A stretch of DNA of 62,290 bases, counting the filler. It is 8 parts of 8 records of this genome, joined end to end, with 100 filler letters (N's around TTAATTAATTAA, not from the genome) between each part and the next. Parts side by side here need not be neighbours in the genome. Positions count along the whole stretch, not along the records: positions 36,108 to 50,483 come from SRR20825014_181; 7 more parts are not named here. The stretch is one strand, 5' to 3'. Each line of letters begins with the position of its first letter. Within the stretch, counting starts at the first letter, position 1. Shown one piece after another: positions 36,108 to 47,400 of the stretch. The notes beneath the pieces are model-generated. The model saw nothing but the letters and a program-made list of their open reading frames with translations, was not told where the DNA came from and searched no databases. Position numbers and translations under genes: made by a program.

Positions 36108-38816
36108 GCCTCTCAGTCCTACACTACCCCTGAGGTACATTCTCTAGTAACATGGGCCAGCGAACTGTTTACCATATCATGCGCCAGGGAGGAGAGGCGT
36201 AGGTTGTTGTGTTACAGATCCCTAGTGGCACACCTGGATGCCACAAAAAGCACCATTGTTACCCCCCACCAGTCCTCTAATCTCGTGGAGGCAGCAGGAA
36301 TCGCAGCCACCTACGAAGATGCGTACTACTACCATAAGAGCGGTCTAGGGTGTGTCGATGCCACTCTGAGGACGTTTATCACAAAGCATCGCCATCGGCT
36401 TGTCTGGAACTCCCTGAAGGGACACCTCTTTGGGCTTGGAGCAGAGGGTCCCATTGTGGCCTCGGGTATCATCCTCGGCCGTTTTAGTGAGGTGCTTGAG
36501 TACTATATCCTACATCGGCGCTACTTTGAGGCCGTCTGTGTCTTGATTGAATTCTGTGGAAATGATCCCCATTTGTATGAATCGTGCTGGGTTAGGTTTA
36601 GCTATGAGCTTACACGGCATTTCCCAGTCCGATTGATCCAAGAGGGCTGGATGAAGAAGGGTCATGCCTTGAGGTTAGATGCCGTTAAACTCATCCCAGC
36701 CATTCTTAAATATAACCCCAAACATAACGACCCCCGTCGCTTTGCGGAGGGTAGAGCTGCGGTGTTGGTAAGTGATATTGAGTCCCTTAGATTACAGAAG
36801 GTGGTGGATAATGAACTGTCTGTGCACCAATCCCGGGACAGGAAGCGTCATACCCCCTCCTATCGCCCCTATGGCTGGGTAGCCCCTGAGATGGTGGCGG
36901 CACTAGCTAAGGTAACCGCATCCACCCTTCCTGGTCTCCTAGCAGAAGATGATGATGATGATATGAACCCCTTCTCAACTCACGTCCATCGGACACACTC
37001 CGCACTGACCCACACTGACGACAGCGACAACGACGATGACAAGCCATTCGCAGACGACGCGGGTAGTGAGTTTAGCGACACGTCTGCCTTCTCTTCTTTA
37101 GGAGGTGATGAGACCGCAATGCTCGACGACCACGCCCAGCACTGTCCCATTGCAGTGACCACCGTTGCTACAGTAGCAGCAGCCCATCTACCCTTCTCCT
37201 CCTCTATCTACTACAGTTCAGCTGCGCCTACTGCGACCCATGGTGGGGGGTCTCTCAATGCGGCATCAGGGCGTACCATGTCCCGACGACGATCGTCCGC
37301 TGCCACCGACGTCTGGGATGCCACCCGCACCAACACAGGCATCACCAAGTCCAGTGGAGACAACGGTCCCTCCCGCCACAACGGTAATAACCACGCCCAT
37401 CAATCCTGGCCTTCCCTTTCCCCAATTGAGCGTGTTTCTCTTAAGCATAGAGTACGTACCCACATGGGGGTCACATTCCTTAAGCACTCGCTCAAGGAAG
37501 AAAACCTCCGTCTGCGGAAGAAGGAACAACGTCTCCGAACCGCCCTCCAAGAACGCTCAAGGAGCTCCCACCGTGCCACACGCTTCGGATCCGTTGGTCC
37601 TACCCACGATCACGGTGTAAGTGGTGGTGGTGGACTGCCCTCCTCCCTCTACTCCCACCGCATGTCTAAGCTCTCTCTACACAACCTTCTATTGGTGTTC
37701 CTAGCAAGCCCCAATGGTGGAACTGATCAAGAGCTAGTTGCCTTTATTGAGAGTAGCACCGTGTTGGATAAGTCCTATGCTTTGAGGGTTTGTATTGAGC
37801 ATGAGAGGTATGCGGGGGTGGTGCAGGTATACTTCGATATGGGGTTCCTGAAGGACGCGGTAGAGCAGTCCCTCACTATGGGGGACGTCGAACTAGCAAA
37901 GCACATGATCAAGAAGATCCACCGAGGAACGAAGGGAATTCAGGGGGGAGACACTGGATATGCAACCCGACACGACCTCTGGCAGCTCGTCATTAAATAC
38001 GTCTCTGAGCGACATGATGGTGCCAAGGCGGCCTTGAATCTTATTGACGAGAGTGGTGGGGATGTTAACGTGTCTCATGTATTACCCTACCTAGGAAAGG
38101 AGGTCTCCATCTTTGAGTTTAAGGATGAGCTACTATCGAACGTCAACCGGTTCGGAACATTGATGGGTCACGTGCACTCCGAGATCACGAGCAGCAAGCA
38201 GGAGATGGAACAGCTTAAGGAGGAGCTCCGACACGAGTGTGCTCAATCGCAGACTGTGGACCTCTCCCGAAAGTGCGCAGGATGTAGTCAACCAGTGCTA
38301 TCTCGTCGCTGTGTGGTTTTCCGTGGATGTGGGCACGCCTTCCACTTGGCGTGTCTTCACCAGGGGGCTAAGAATGTAGGGTTTGCTAAGGACGTCCTAC
38401 GAACCTCTCATAGCGAGTACGCCGACGGGCACATGCAGCCCCCTGCTGAGTTCGTCCTAGATGAAGAGGAGAGGCAGCTCGTGCTACATAGCAACGGTCT
38501 TAAGGGTAATACCTATATGACCCCGACTGGCACTGTTGCAGCTACCTCTGGTACATCCATTGCCGACTCGATTGAGGGAGGTGCCGTCTCCTTTGGTAAC
38601 TCTCGTAGAAAGCGTGCCTTGTCCGCCTTCTACGGCCAGGGACGTAGCGACGAGGAGCCATCGGCTAGCTGCTACCTGTGTGATCACCAGTCGGTGGATT
38701 CATTACTACTGAGCCCCCTGGGTATGACGGTGTTCCACACCACTCCTGCAGGAGGTGGGGGTGGGGATGATGGGCCGGCACTAACATTGCTTGACACAGT
38801 GGATCTGTCCCTATAG
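36108..38816 (+). CDS. VPS18: Vps18/Pep3-like HOPS/CORVET subunit, 5'-partial
   Basis: The frame is open from the contig start. Clathrin-repeat-like region (DKSYALRVC...YFDMGFLKDAVEQSL..GDVELAK...LWQLV...VLPYL...IFEFKDEL), coiled coil, then RING-H2 CAGC...CGHAFHLAC...CYLC. Confidence 0.8.
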   Translation, partial: ASQSYTTPEVHSLVTWASELFTISCAREERRRLLCYRSLVAHLDATKSTIVTPHQSSNLVEAAGIAATYEDAYYYHKSGLGCVDATLRTFITKHRHRLVWNSLKGHLFGLGAEGPIVASGIILGRFSEVLEYYILHRRYFEAVCVLIEFCGNDPHLYESCWVRFSYELTRHFPVRLIQEGWMKKGHALRLDAVKLIPAILKYNPKHNDPRRFAEGRAAVLVSDIESLRLQKVVDNELSVHQSRDRKRHTPSYRPYGWVAPEMVAALAKVTASTLPGLLAEDDDDDMNPFSTHVHRTHSALTHTDDSDNDDDKPFADDAGSEFSDTSAFSSLGGDETAMLDDHAQHCPIAVTTVATVAAAHLPFSSSIYYSSAAPTATHGGGSLNAASGRTMSRRRSSAATDVWDATRTNTGITKSSGDNGPSRHNGNNHAHQSWPSLSPIERVSLKHRVRTHMGVTFLKHSLKEENLRLRKKEQRLRTALQERSRSSHRATRFGSVGPTHDHGVSGGGGLPSSLYSHRMSKLSLHNLLLVFLASPNGGTDQELVAFIESSTVLDKSYALRVCIEHERYAGVVQVYFDMGFLKDAVEQSLTMGDVELAKHMIKKIHRGTKGIQGGDTGYATRHDLWQLVIKYVSERHDGAKAALNLIDESGGDVNVSHVLPYLGKEVSIFEFKDELLSNVNRFGTLMGHVHSEITSSKQEMEQLKEELRHECAQSQTVDLSRKCAGCSQPVLSRRCVVFRGCGHAFHLACLHQGAKNVGFAKDVLRTSHSEYADGHMQPPAEFVLDEEERQLVLHSNGLKGNTYMTPTGTVAATSGTSIADSIEGGAVSFGNSRRKRALSAFYGQGRSDEEPSASCYLCDHQSVDSLLLSPLGMTVFHTTPAGGGGGDDGPALTLLDTVDLSL

Positions 38817-39080
38817 ATAGATAGGTATACCACTGCCAGCAACACCATCACCCCAAATTTACGGATTAAGTACGTGTTTGGTGCTATCACATGCACGCAC
38901 ACTTTTTATATCCAACCTTGTATCGTACACAAAACACACACAATTCTGAAAATAACATCCCAACACCGTACATCCATTTGATCTTGACATTGAAATGATG
39001 AAGCATTTTTCCTCTTGTACCCTCTAATTAGTTCATATCTTTATAAATTTTAAAGCACACACAGTTGAGAAATCCAACCG

Positions 39081-42000
39081 ATGAGTCATCAGAAGCCATC
39101 CAATACCAATAAGAAGCAGCAGGGTAGTTCAATTGCAGCCCTCCACCGACAACTTACAGAGAAGAAATCGAAGCTAGTCGAGGAGGGCTTCACCTTTGGA
39201 ATGCTGGGGTCCTCAAGTGGGGGTCAAGCAAATGGAACTGGAGGCCGTCCGTTGATATCCTCTCGACCCCCTCTTGCGGCCGTCTCCCCCATTCCGTCCC
39301 CGTACACTACTAATAAAAACAATACCTCCGTAGTAAGTGGTGGTGGTGGGGATACCACAGTCGTAGATCCGTACGGCCGACAGCTAGATTTCTCAGTGCT
39401 CTCCCAAAGACAACAACAACAACAAGAGGAGCAACAAGACCACCATCACACCTTGAATATAGAGCGGGATGATGTGGTGGGGGACACAGCCAACTTACAC
39501 CAACTATGTGCCTGGCCATCCTCCAACTCCCGCCGACCACAGTCCAATCAACAACATAATCACAACAACATGGTGGGGGATATAACCAACACGAGCCGCC
39601 TCGTGATGACGCCCCAACAACAACGACAACCCTTATCGTCGGCCCACCACGACCGGAACACTACTACATCACCAGTTGAAGTAGAATCGACACCAACGTC
39701 TTTTCGTCAAGAGCTTGCATCGATTCAGCAAGCAGCTGCCCATTCCCAACATCGGGCTACGCCTATCCTTAAACAAAGGAGGCGTGTAACGCTGGAGCAG
39801 GAAGCACTACTACCCATGCGAGATCAACAATATGCAATGGACGGTGTTGTGACAGATCCAAACGCAACAACATCTCAACTGTCACTACTACCCCCATCCC
39901 ACAACAACATCAGTATGGGGGCCTCCTCAGCATCGACAACATCGAAGCCGCTTTCTCTTGTAGCGCTGGAGAAGTATATATCTGAGCAGATGACGAGGCT
40001 ACGATTCGATTTCACAAAGGAGTACATCGCCTTCCAGCAACAGAAGGAAGAGAACCTGATCATGAACGCCACCAACAACAGTACGCGTCGAGGAGGAGGA
40101 GGAGGAGGGGATAACTCTTATGGTCAGCACCAGCAACGGCCCACCCCTATGACAGCCGCAGCTGGTGTTGGTGTTGGTGACGATGAGGCGATTGATTGGG
40201 GTGGAGATCCTTCTGTGGAGGGTACTGTCTCTTCTACTAAACCATCTACAGCCCCCTCTAGACATCTAATCGGCTCCTCATCATCATCCCGTAATAAAGG
40301 CATTCAAAAGGGCACCCAACCGGGTGTTGGGGCCTCAAGAGGAGCAGCTGGAGCTTCAACACCCTCCCAAACCAAACGTCTACTTGCCCCCATCGCAGCA
40401 GCATCACCAGGCCCCAATAACAACAACGGTGCCTTGACCCTGCCCTCCAACAACAGAAATAGGGCCCAGGTCAGTGTTGTTGCTGGTGGTGATGGAGTTG
40501 GTGGGTTGGGTATGCAGGAGTATCTAGAGGCACGCCTTGAGGTGTTTAGGGAGGCGGGTAGACGGTTCTGTGATACCTTCAATACATACCGCGGACCTCT
40601 GGAGGCCATCCTATCCGAGTACGATACCTACGCTACCCACATTGGAGCCGCCGCGCATGTGGTGCAATCACGCCTCCAAAGCCAAACGGATCAACTTACA
40701 GCAGAAAATGAAGCGCTACGGAACTCCATCACGGGTGAGCAGGAACGAAGGAAGGTGGCTGAGTCAACTGTGGACGGTTACGTCAAACGCATCGCACAAC
40801 TAGAAACTGACGTACGAGAATGCGTTTTACAAAAAGAGCTTGTAGAGCACGATTTTCACATGGCGTCTATTCGTAATAAAGAGGGGGACCATGAGAAGGC
40901 AGTTTTAACGAGAAAGGTCATGTCCCTTGAGGATGACATCGAGCGGTTGGAACGGGAGCTGAGGGACCCAAGAAAAGAGACGGATCGTCTCATGGGGCAA
41001 CTCGAAGCCAAGGCTAGTTATATTACTACCCTTACCCACCAACAGGAGAAGGTAAACTCGGAGATGGCGCATTTACGAAGGCAGCTCATCATTCAACTTG
41101 AGAAGGAGGCACAGAGAGGCAGGCCTGTATCGCCTGCATCAAGACTCCGTGCCGTCGGAGCAGCACGATCATCAACACCTGCCTCTGCATCCGCCGCACC
41201 ATCCTCCTCATCTGTTGCTGTTACATCAATGTCTGGAACAATGAGTGGTGCTGCTGCTGCTGATGGAGAAAGAGAGCGGGAGGCCCATGGTCGAACCCGT
41301 GCCAAGCTAGCCCAATCCCAAGAATACTGTGCTATGCTGCTATCCCAGCTAGATCGATGGAAGCACCTCTTTATGCTCTTACTGGGGGAGCACAGGGCAT
41401 CCTCTGGTATTTCCACAAAAGCCCTTGATCACGGAGACCTAGAGACAGTTAGTGACATGGGCGTCGATTTGATCGCTTCCTCTCCACATGGAAAGGTAAG
41501 TGGTGGAAATGGGGGCCCGTTTGCGTATACTTTCCCCCTCCAGAAGCCAGATGGTAGAATGGGTGTTGCAACAGGAGGCGGTGCCTATGGTCTAAACCTC
41601 CCCCAGCAATTCAAGCTCTATAAGGGGCAATCACTGCTTGCGGCTGTGAAGTATCTAGCCACGACGAATGCTAATCAGGGAGGACTATCTGGTGTTCTTG
41701 GTGGTGGGGGTGGTGGCACTCGTCGCAACAGTATAGCTTCCACCAATCGCAGAAAGTCGGAGCTTGTGGATTCAACCAGCTCCGTCCCAAAGTCTATACT
41801 CGTGAATCGTGGAGGCGGTGGTGGAGGTTCCTCTCCACCCACAGAGGCCGTTGCAGCCCCCCATCGTCGCCCAACCGTCGCAGGAGGCACACAGTCTAGT
41901 GACAATCTGAACCTCAACTCGAGCCGATCTGAGAGTCGAAGCGACCCTCCACAGCCAACAAGGAAGAGTAGTAACTTAAAACGCAAATCATCAGTATCTT

Positions 42001-44102
42001 CCTCTGTGTCAGGAGGGGTTCCGATTCGCTCCTCATCCATCACCCGCTCACAGAATAACGACGACGATGATGTACCATCTTCCTCCACCGTGGTGCCCCC
42101 TATCATCAACCCCCTGACCCTCATCGGCTCCTCAGCAGCAGCAGATTCTAACCAAAAGAGCGTCGAGGAAGACTTTGACGAAATGGAATTCACACCACGA
42201 CCACGAGGTAATTTCCTCAACATTCAAGAATTGAACGACGCACCCAGTACTGCCATGAAACTAGCACAAGCCGCACAGTTAATTGTTGAGCTGAAGCTCG
42301 AGGCAAGCAAACTTCGTCGAGAGAAGGATGCACTGGTTTCTCTTCGAAGTGAAGAGGTCAATACAGCTATTGCGAAACTTAATGATGTGTATTCATCCGA
42401 AGGCTTCGGAGGGGTCGGTGGTGGTGGTGGAGGTGCATACGACAATGCGGAGTTCCGAAGTGTCGTTTCCCTTGCAGACTCGAACCCCATCTCCAGGTGG
42501 TTCGTGGGAGTAGGAGATGCAGCCACATCCAGTAACTACGCCTACCTTCGAACAGTAGGTCGACAGAGGAATCAACGCTTCTCACTGGGGACAGTAAAGT
42601 GGCATATTCACTCCTTCCTTCAGATGTCCACCTCCTCGGCGGCTGCATCGGTAGTTGCGAGCCTGGATAAGGTCCTAGGAGCCGAGGCATCATCCTCCCA
42701 TCATCAATCGGCGTCAATTGCATTATCACCTGCTTCTACTGGTGGTGGTGGAGATCGACGCCGCTCATCTCTCATCCCAGTCATGTCCTCATCAGTGCTC
42801 GCTTCAGCATCCTCCTCAGCCGTTGTACCTAGAACAAACTCACCACCACCAGCAGATGGCCGATCTCCACCTCGTTCATCAGGTGGGGATGCTTTAGCTG
42901 AATCACCCTCTCAGGGGGAGGCAGCCGTTGCCCGTACATTTGCAGTAGGAGGGGCCCTTAGTGGTGTTTTGGGCGCCGTAGGAGGAGGTCTGGGTAACCC
43001 CCTGACACGATGCGGAGATCGACTTGCTGGCCGATTTGCGAGTTGGATGGAGGATCGATACGGAAAGGACGGTATCAGCATGTGCTACAGTTTCCATTAT
43101 ACAATGGATTGGTTCGCTCCTGTGGATGTGGACTGCCACACCTTCAAGGCCATACTAGACAACACCATGACAGAGAGCCTTCTGAAGAAACAATACCTCG
43201 CCGCAGCTCGACTTCGAAACGAAATGGAGAAGCAGGGCTCGCAGTACATTCGTCGCAAGTTGAAAATGGAGGCAGCGGCTCCCCAAGAAGACGCAGTAGT
43301 GGAAGGTGGTGATGCATCCACCAAAGCAGCTCCGAAAAAGCTTTCTGCTGCCGCTGCTGCTGCGGGCCACCCCTGTGTTCTACCCGACGGCTCTATGGTA
43401 TCCCCACATGAGGTGCCTATAGAGGTGGCTAGGAAGGCCATTGTGGAGGTGTTTGGTATGTGGTCGAAGGAAAGACAAGTGGAGCTGGAACAAGCAATGG
43501 ATGTGTTGGACGGAGGAGCTTCCATCGGCATCAACTCCATGGCCAGAAAGAAGAAGTTTGGCAACAAGGCAAACACCCCCATCGACCAATGGGGAAATCG
43601 AACCGTAAACCTCCGCAAATTGTTTGACAATAAAACAATCGGGCACGGCCAGATGGAGGCTCATTTTGTCACTGTATTACGAACTCTGTGGGTAGTAGAG
43701 GCTTATGAATACACCAATCAAATCATCGAGGTGCTCCTGGAGGATGTAACTACCGTCTCGGGTAATGTCGCCCCTCAGACCCTTGTAAACAGCATCCTAC
43801 AAGTCGATCCCAACATCCCAGATCACTTCATACATGAGGTCGTGGAGGCAGTCTTTGCCCCTCCTGGGGATGTGGTAGTGCCGTTGTACCTTCCCGAAGC
43901 CAGCCACATGGTACCCGTCACCGACCGATACTTCATCATCAACGATAGAGATGTAACCCTCCCCCTCTGTATCAGTCGGCTTCGTATGTTGTTAATTATG
44001 CGGCATTCTGTGGCTGCTGTACCATTCCCACATGAGCCCCAATCTGGCCCCATGCCACCCCCTCCTCCTCAATACGATGGAAGTAACTCTCAAGACGAGT
44101 GA
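39081..44102 (+). CDS. TSNAXIP1-like (translin-associated factor X-interacting protein 1) coiled-coil protein, 1673 aa
   Basis: Ordered blocks resemble the family as I recall it: RLEVFREAGRRFCDTFNTYRGPLEAILSEYD, coiled coil, FTPRP, FVGVG...YLRTVGRQRN, DVDCHTFKAILDN, VNLRKLF and ILQVDPN. They are separated by low-complexity tracts. Confidence 0.65.
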   Translation: MSHQKPSNTNKKQQGSSIAALHRQLTEKKSKLVEEGFTFGMLGSSSGGQANGTGGRPLISSRPPLAAVSPIPSPYTTNKNNTSVVSGGGGDTTVVDPYGRQLDFSVLSQRQQQQQEEQQDHHHTLNIERDDVVGDTANLHQLCAWPSSNSRRPQSNQQHNHNNMVGDITNTSRLVMTPQQQRQPLSSAHHDRNTTTSPVEVESTPTSFRQELASIQQAAAHSQHRATPILKQRRRVTLEQEALLPMRDQQYAMDGVVTDPNATTSQLSLLPPSHNNISMGASSASTTSKPLSLVALEKYISEQMTRLRFDFTKEYIAFQQQKEENLIMNATNNSTRRGGGGGGDNSYGQHQQRPTPMTAAAGVGVGDDEAIDWGGDPSVEGTVSSTKPSTAPSRHLIGSSSSSRNKGIQKGTQPGVGASRGAAGASTPSQTKRLLAPIAAASPGPNNNNGALTLPSNNRNRAQVSVVAGGDGVGGLGMQEYLEARLEVFREAGRRFCDTFNTYRGPLEAILSEYDTYATHIGAAAHVVQSRLQSQTDQLTAENEALRNSITGEQERRKVAESTVDGYVKRIAQLETDVRECVLQKELVEHDFHMASIRNKEGDHEKAVLTRKVMSLEDDIERLERELRDPRKETDRLMGQLEAKASYITTLTHQQEKVNSEMAHLRRQLIIQLEKEAQRGRPVSPASRLRAVGAARSSTPASASAAPSSSSVAVTSMSGTMSGAAAADGEREREAHGRTRAKLAQSQEYCAMLLSQLDRWKHLFMLLLGEHRASSGISTKALDHGDLETVSDMGVDLIASSPHGKVSGGNGGPFAYTFPLQKPDGRMGVATGGGAYGLNLPQQFKLYKGQSLLAAVKYLATTNANQGGLSGVLGGGGGGTRRNSIASTNRRKSELVDSTSSVPKSILVNRGGGGGGSSPPTEAVAAPHRRPTVAGGTQSSDNLNLNSSRSESRSDPPQPTRKSSNLKRKSSVSSSVSGGVPIRSSSITRSQNNDDDDVPSSSTVVPPIINPLTLIGSSAAADSNQKSVEEDFDEMEFTPRPRGNFLNIQELNDAPSTAMKLAQAAQLIVELKLEASKLRREKDALVSLRSEEVNTAIAKLNDVYSSEGFGGVGGGGGGAYDNAEFRSVVSLADSNPISRWFVGVGDAATSSNYAYLRTVGRQRNQRFSLGTVKWHIHSFLQMSTSSAAASVVASLDKVLGAEASSSHHQSASIALSPASTGGGGDRRRSSLIPVMSSSVLASASSSAVVPRTNSPPPADGRSPPRSSGGDALAESPSQGEAAVARTFAVGGALSGVLGAVGGGLGNPLTRCGDRLAGRFASWMEDRYGKDGISMCYSFHYTMDWFAPVDVDCHTFKAILDNTMTESLLKKQYLAAARLRNEMEKQGSQYIRRKLKMEAAAPQEDAVVEGGDASTKAAPKKLSAAAAAAGHPCVLPDGSMVSPHEVPIEVARKAIVEVFGMWSKERQVELEQAMDVLDGGASIGINSMARKKKFGNKANTPIDQWGNRTVNLRKLFDNKTIGHGQMEAHFVTVLRTLWVVEAYEYTNQIIEVLLEDVTTVSGNVAPQTLVNSILQVDPNIPDHFIHEVVEAVFAPPGDVVVPLYLPEASHMVPVTDRYFIINDRDVTLPLCISRLRMLLIMRHSVAAVPFPHEPQSGPMPPPPPQYDGSNSQDE

Positions 44103-44418
44103 TGAGTAAGGGCAACATTCATTTTAAAACGATGAAACACATGTATGTAAACAAAATGATATACATTTTTGAAATGATTCAAATACGATCCCGTTTTTAA
44201 TGCGTTTAAATGTGTTCACAATAAGTGTGCTCCTTTCCCCATTTCACCTTTTTATTATTTATTACTTAAAGTAACCGTTACATGGTTCCCATCCTATAAA
44301 GTAGGTCTCAATCTTAAAGAGTTTTATACCAAACACATTTTATACAAAAAACAGGAAGTTTACAATCGATAATTTAAAAACGCACTTTGCCACATTCAGT
44401 TGTAATAGTAGTAAAAAT

Positions 44419-47400
44419 ATGCCATCATCGCCAAAGACCAGAAAGGGCCAGAACAGGTCCCAACATAAAAGGTTGGTGCTAGTGGGATCGCTAGGGGTTG
44501 TTATGGTGGTGTTGATATTGGGTATTTGGTCGGTTCAAGACCACATATCCTTAGGGAATTCTAACAACCAAAATAGTGGTTATAGTGGTAGGAGTAGTAT
44601 GGTCATGCAGCGTACAGATGTTGTTGTTGTACCGTCTACCACCTCTCACCATAGCCATCATCGTCGTCCTGAGGTGGCTGAGGAGGAAGCTGCAACATCA
44701 GCAGTGGAAGGGTCGGTTGTTGGGGACAAGGAAGAGTCAGAGGAGGCAAGTATCGAGGGGGAGGTGGTTGGACAGCAAGACATATTGGGTAGGGATAGTA
44801 GTAACTTGCGAAGGGGCCCATCGCTGTTCGGGTCATACTTCAAACAAATACGTAATACTGATAACGATGGTCCCCCTCCACTACGACCCGCCCTCCTTCA
44901 CTCAAGTGAATCCCTTAACCAATTCCCCGACCATTTTCAAGGGGACAGCACCACACAACAACAACAACAATCTTCAACAACACCACTATCAACGGTATGG
45001 GACCTACCTACCCTAGAGGAGCGTCGTACGGCCCTATCCTTCCATAATGACCTCCAGGGGTCGTTGGCTGATGTCGTCCACGAATACACCACTAAGGTAC
45101 TCACCCTGAATCAACAACATGCTGCTGGCACTACTACACCACCTTCATCGCCATTTGCTACTGATGGTACTACCAATGATGGTGATGAGGATAAAGCCCT
45201 TGAGGCAATTCTAAAACGTGTGGGTAATCGTGCGAATGCTACTCGATGGGACCAGGCGTCTCGCCTCTGGATTAGACGCGTGTTGCGTCGACGAGAGGGG
45301 TGGGTTAAAGAGTATTCAAATCACATACTACCATTTGCTGATGTGGAGCGGGCTGAGAACCCAAAATGGCGACTACAAAGACCCTCTACATCTACATCCT
45401 CCTCCCAGCATCCCACAACTAGATATTACACACAGTGGCCGTCATCCACACCACTATCTTCCTCTACCCCTGTTACCACACACTCACAACCTTCCAACAC
45501 TTCCTCTAAGACTTCAAGTAATGTGCCAACACACCACCATCCGTGCTTCCCAACGGTTTCCATCCCTGGAGGTATGTCTGAAACACACACAAACAAAAAA
45601 ATATCAACAATAGTTAATGATGGTCCAACAACATTTGTAAAATTTAGCTGTCTTCAACTCGCCCCCAAATCGCTCCGTGTTAACTTTCTTGATGTTTCTG
45701 TGGTAACTGATGGTGGCGCGGGTGGAACTACTGCTTTCAAGTCGAAGTCTAAATATCTGCCCTCTATGATTGAAAAGCCCCGACCGGCTACTACATCCGA
45801 TTGCCTTCGGCGGTGCGTCATATACAATGAAGAGCTTCAAAAAATGGAAGACAAGGAGGAGAGGAAAGAAGAACAAATGCAAGCCACGAAAAATATGGAT
45901 GGAGGTGGTGATGACAACATCATGAAAAATATCAAGAAAAAGAGTTCCAATCCCCTCCTTCATTACACTCGTCGATGCAATGCTGTTCAGATGTTGATAG
46001 TGCCGGGTAGTGAGCATGGGAGTGTTTGTTGGCTCCTCCGAGTAATCAACCCCCAAATAACCAACCATTCTGAAGAACTACTCATCAATCAACATCTACG
46101 CCATAGTGCTATTTCTAGCCTTGATAGTAAGTGGCGCCCCTATGCGCGATCAAGTATCGACTCCCTTTCAACATTTGGTACCTCTGGCACCTTTGAGCCC
46201 CATTTCTGGCCCCGTACTGCCATGACAACCTTTATCAATAGGGACGTACTTCATGGATGGAAACCCTGTTATAACGATAGCACTAAGGTGTACTATCCAC
46301 TCCTACGGCCTTTTAGTAGTGGTGGTGGTGGTGGTGGTACTGATGATGAGCGTAAGGATTCAGCGGAAACAACGGAGCCACCACAATCCATCCGTAAAGA
46401 TCAACACCAACATGACAAGGGGAGGAATAAGAGGAACGCATCCCCACATCAACATCCCCCCGTGCTTGTCAATATGTTGGCGGCCAGGTCATATCTCCTT
46501 AGCCGCGTGTTTCCCTCGTTGCTAACTTGGGTACGGCCGTTTGATACATTGGTCTACCTCGAGGCGCCATCCCCACACCACCACCACCCCTCCTCATCAA
46601 GTACGTATTCCCCCGAAGGGTCTATTAAGAAACGTCATCCACATGTCTCTCCCTCACCACCACAACCAACAACAGCACCACTCAACCCCCTGACCTGCAT
46701 GCGCCTGAATGCACTAATGGTCGCTCTCCTTTCACAACCCACCTCTTCTTCTTCTGCGCCGACAACACTGTCGTCCTTATTAGATTCGACCCTCACACGG
46801 TGTAGTAGTTATATTGAGCACGATACACTAACATCACTGTCATTGCTGGAGCAACGAATTGTTGAGTCGGAGAAGGAGGCCTTGGAGACCATATTACGAC
46901 CCCTAGACTGTGGTAACTACAACACCGCAGCCCCCGAACTTACCTGTACTAAAACCACTGGGGCAGTACGAAGAATAGTCTATCTACCTGAGCCAACGAA
47001 GGGCTCTGTATTACATGGAAAAGGCGGGGGGTGGAAGAATCAACACATTGTGTTCTTCTTGGGATTGTTATCTCGTCGTCGTGAGGCTGCGTTTCCTGAT
47101 GTGCCTGTTGGGGTGCGTGCGGGGGCGATGGGTGGGGATTCCTCTGTGTTAATATCTAGGGGCGGTGGGGACCCATTTGGACACTACGCCTCACAGGAGT
47201 ATCTATGGTATATGATAGTAGACGATGACACGTACTACATTCCCCATAATCTAAACTTGGCACTGGGAAGTTTTATCCTCAACAAAAACATCTTGTCATC
47301 CTCGTCGTTATCGACGCCTCTCAAACATATTAACGTGGCACGGGACAAGGCTGGAAGAACGACGACAACTACAAATGGTAGTACTGGGGTGGATGGTAGT

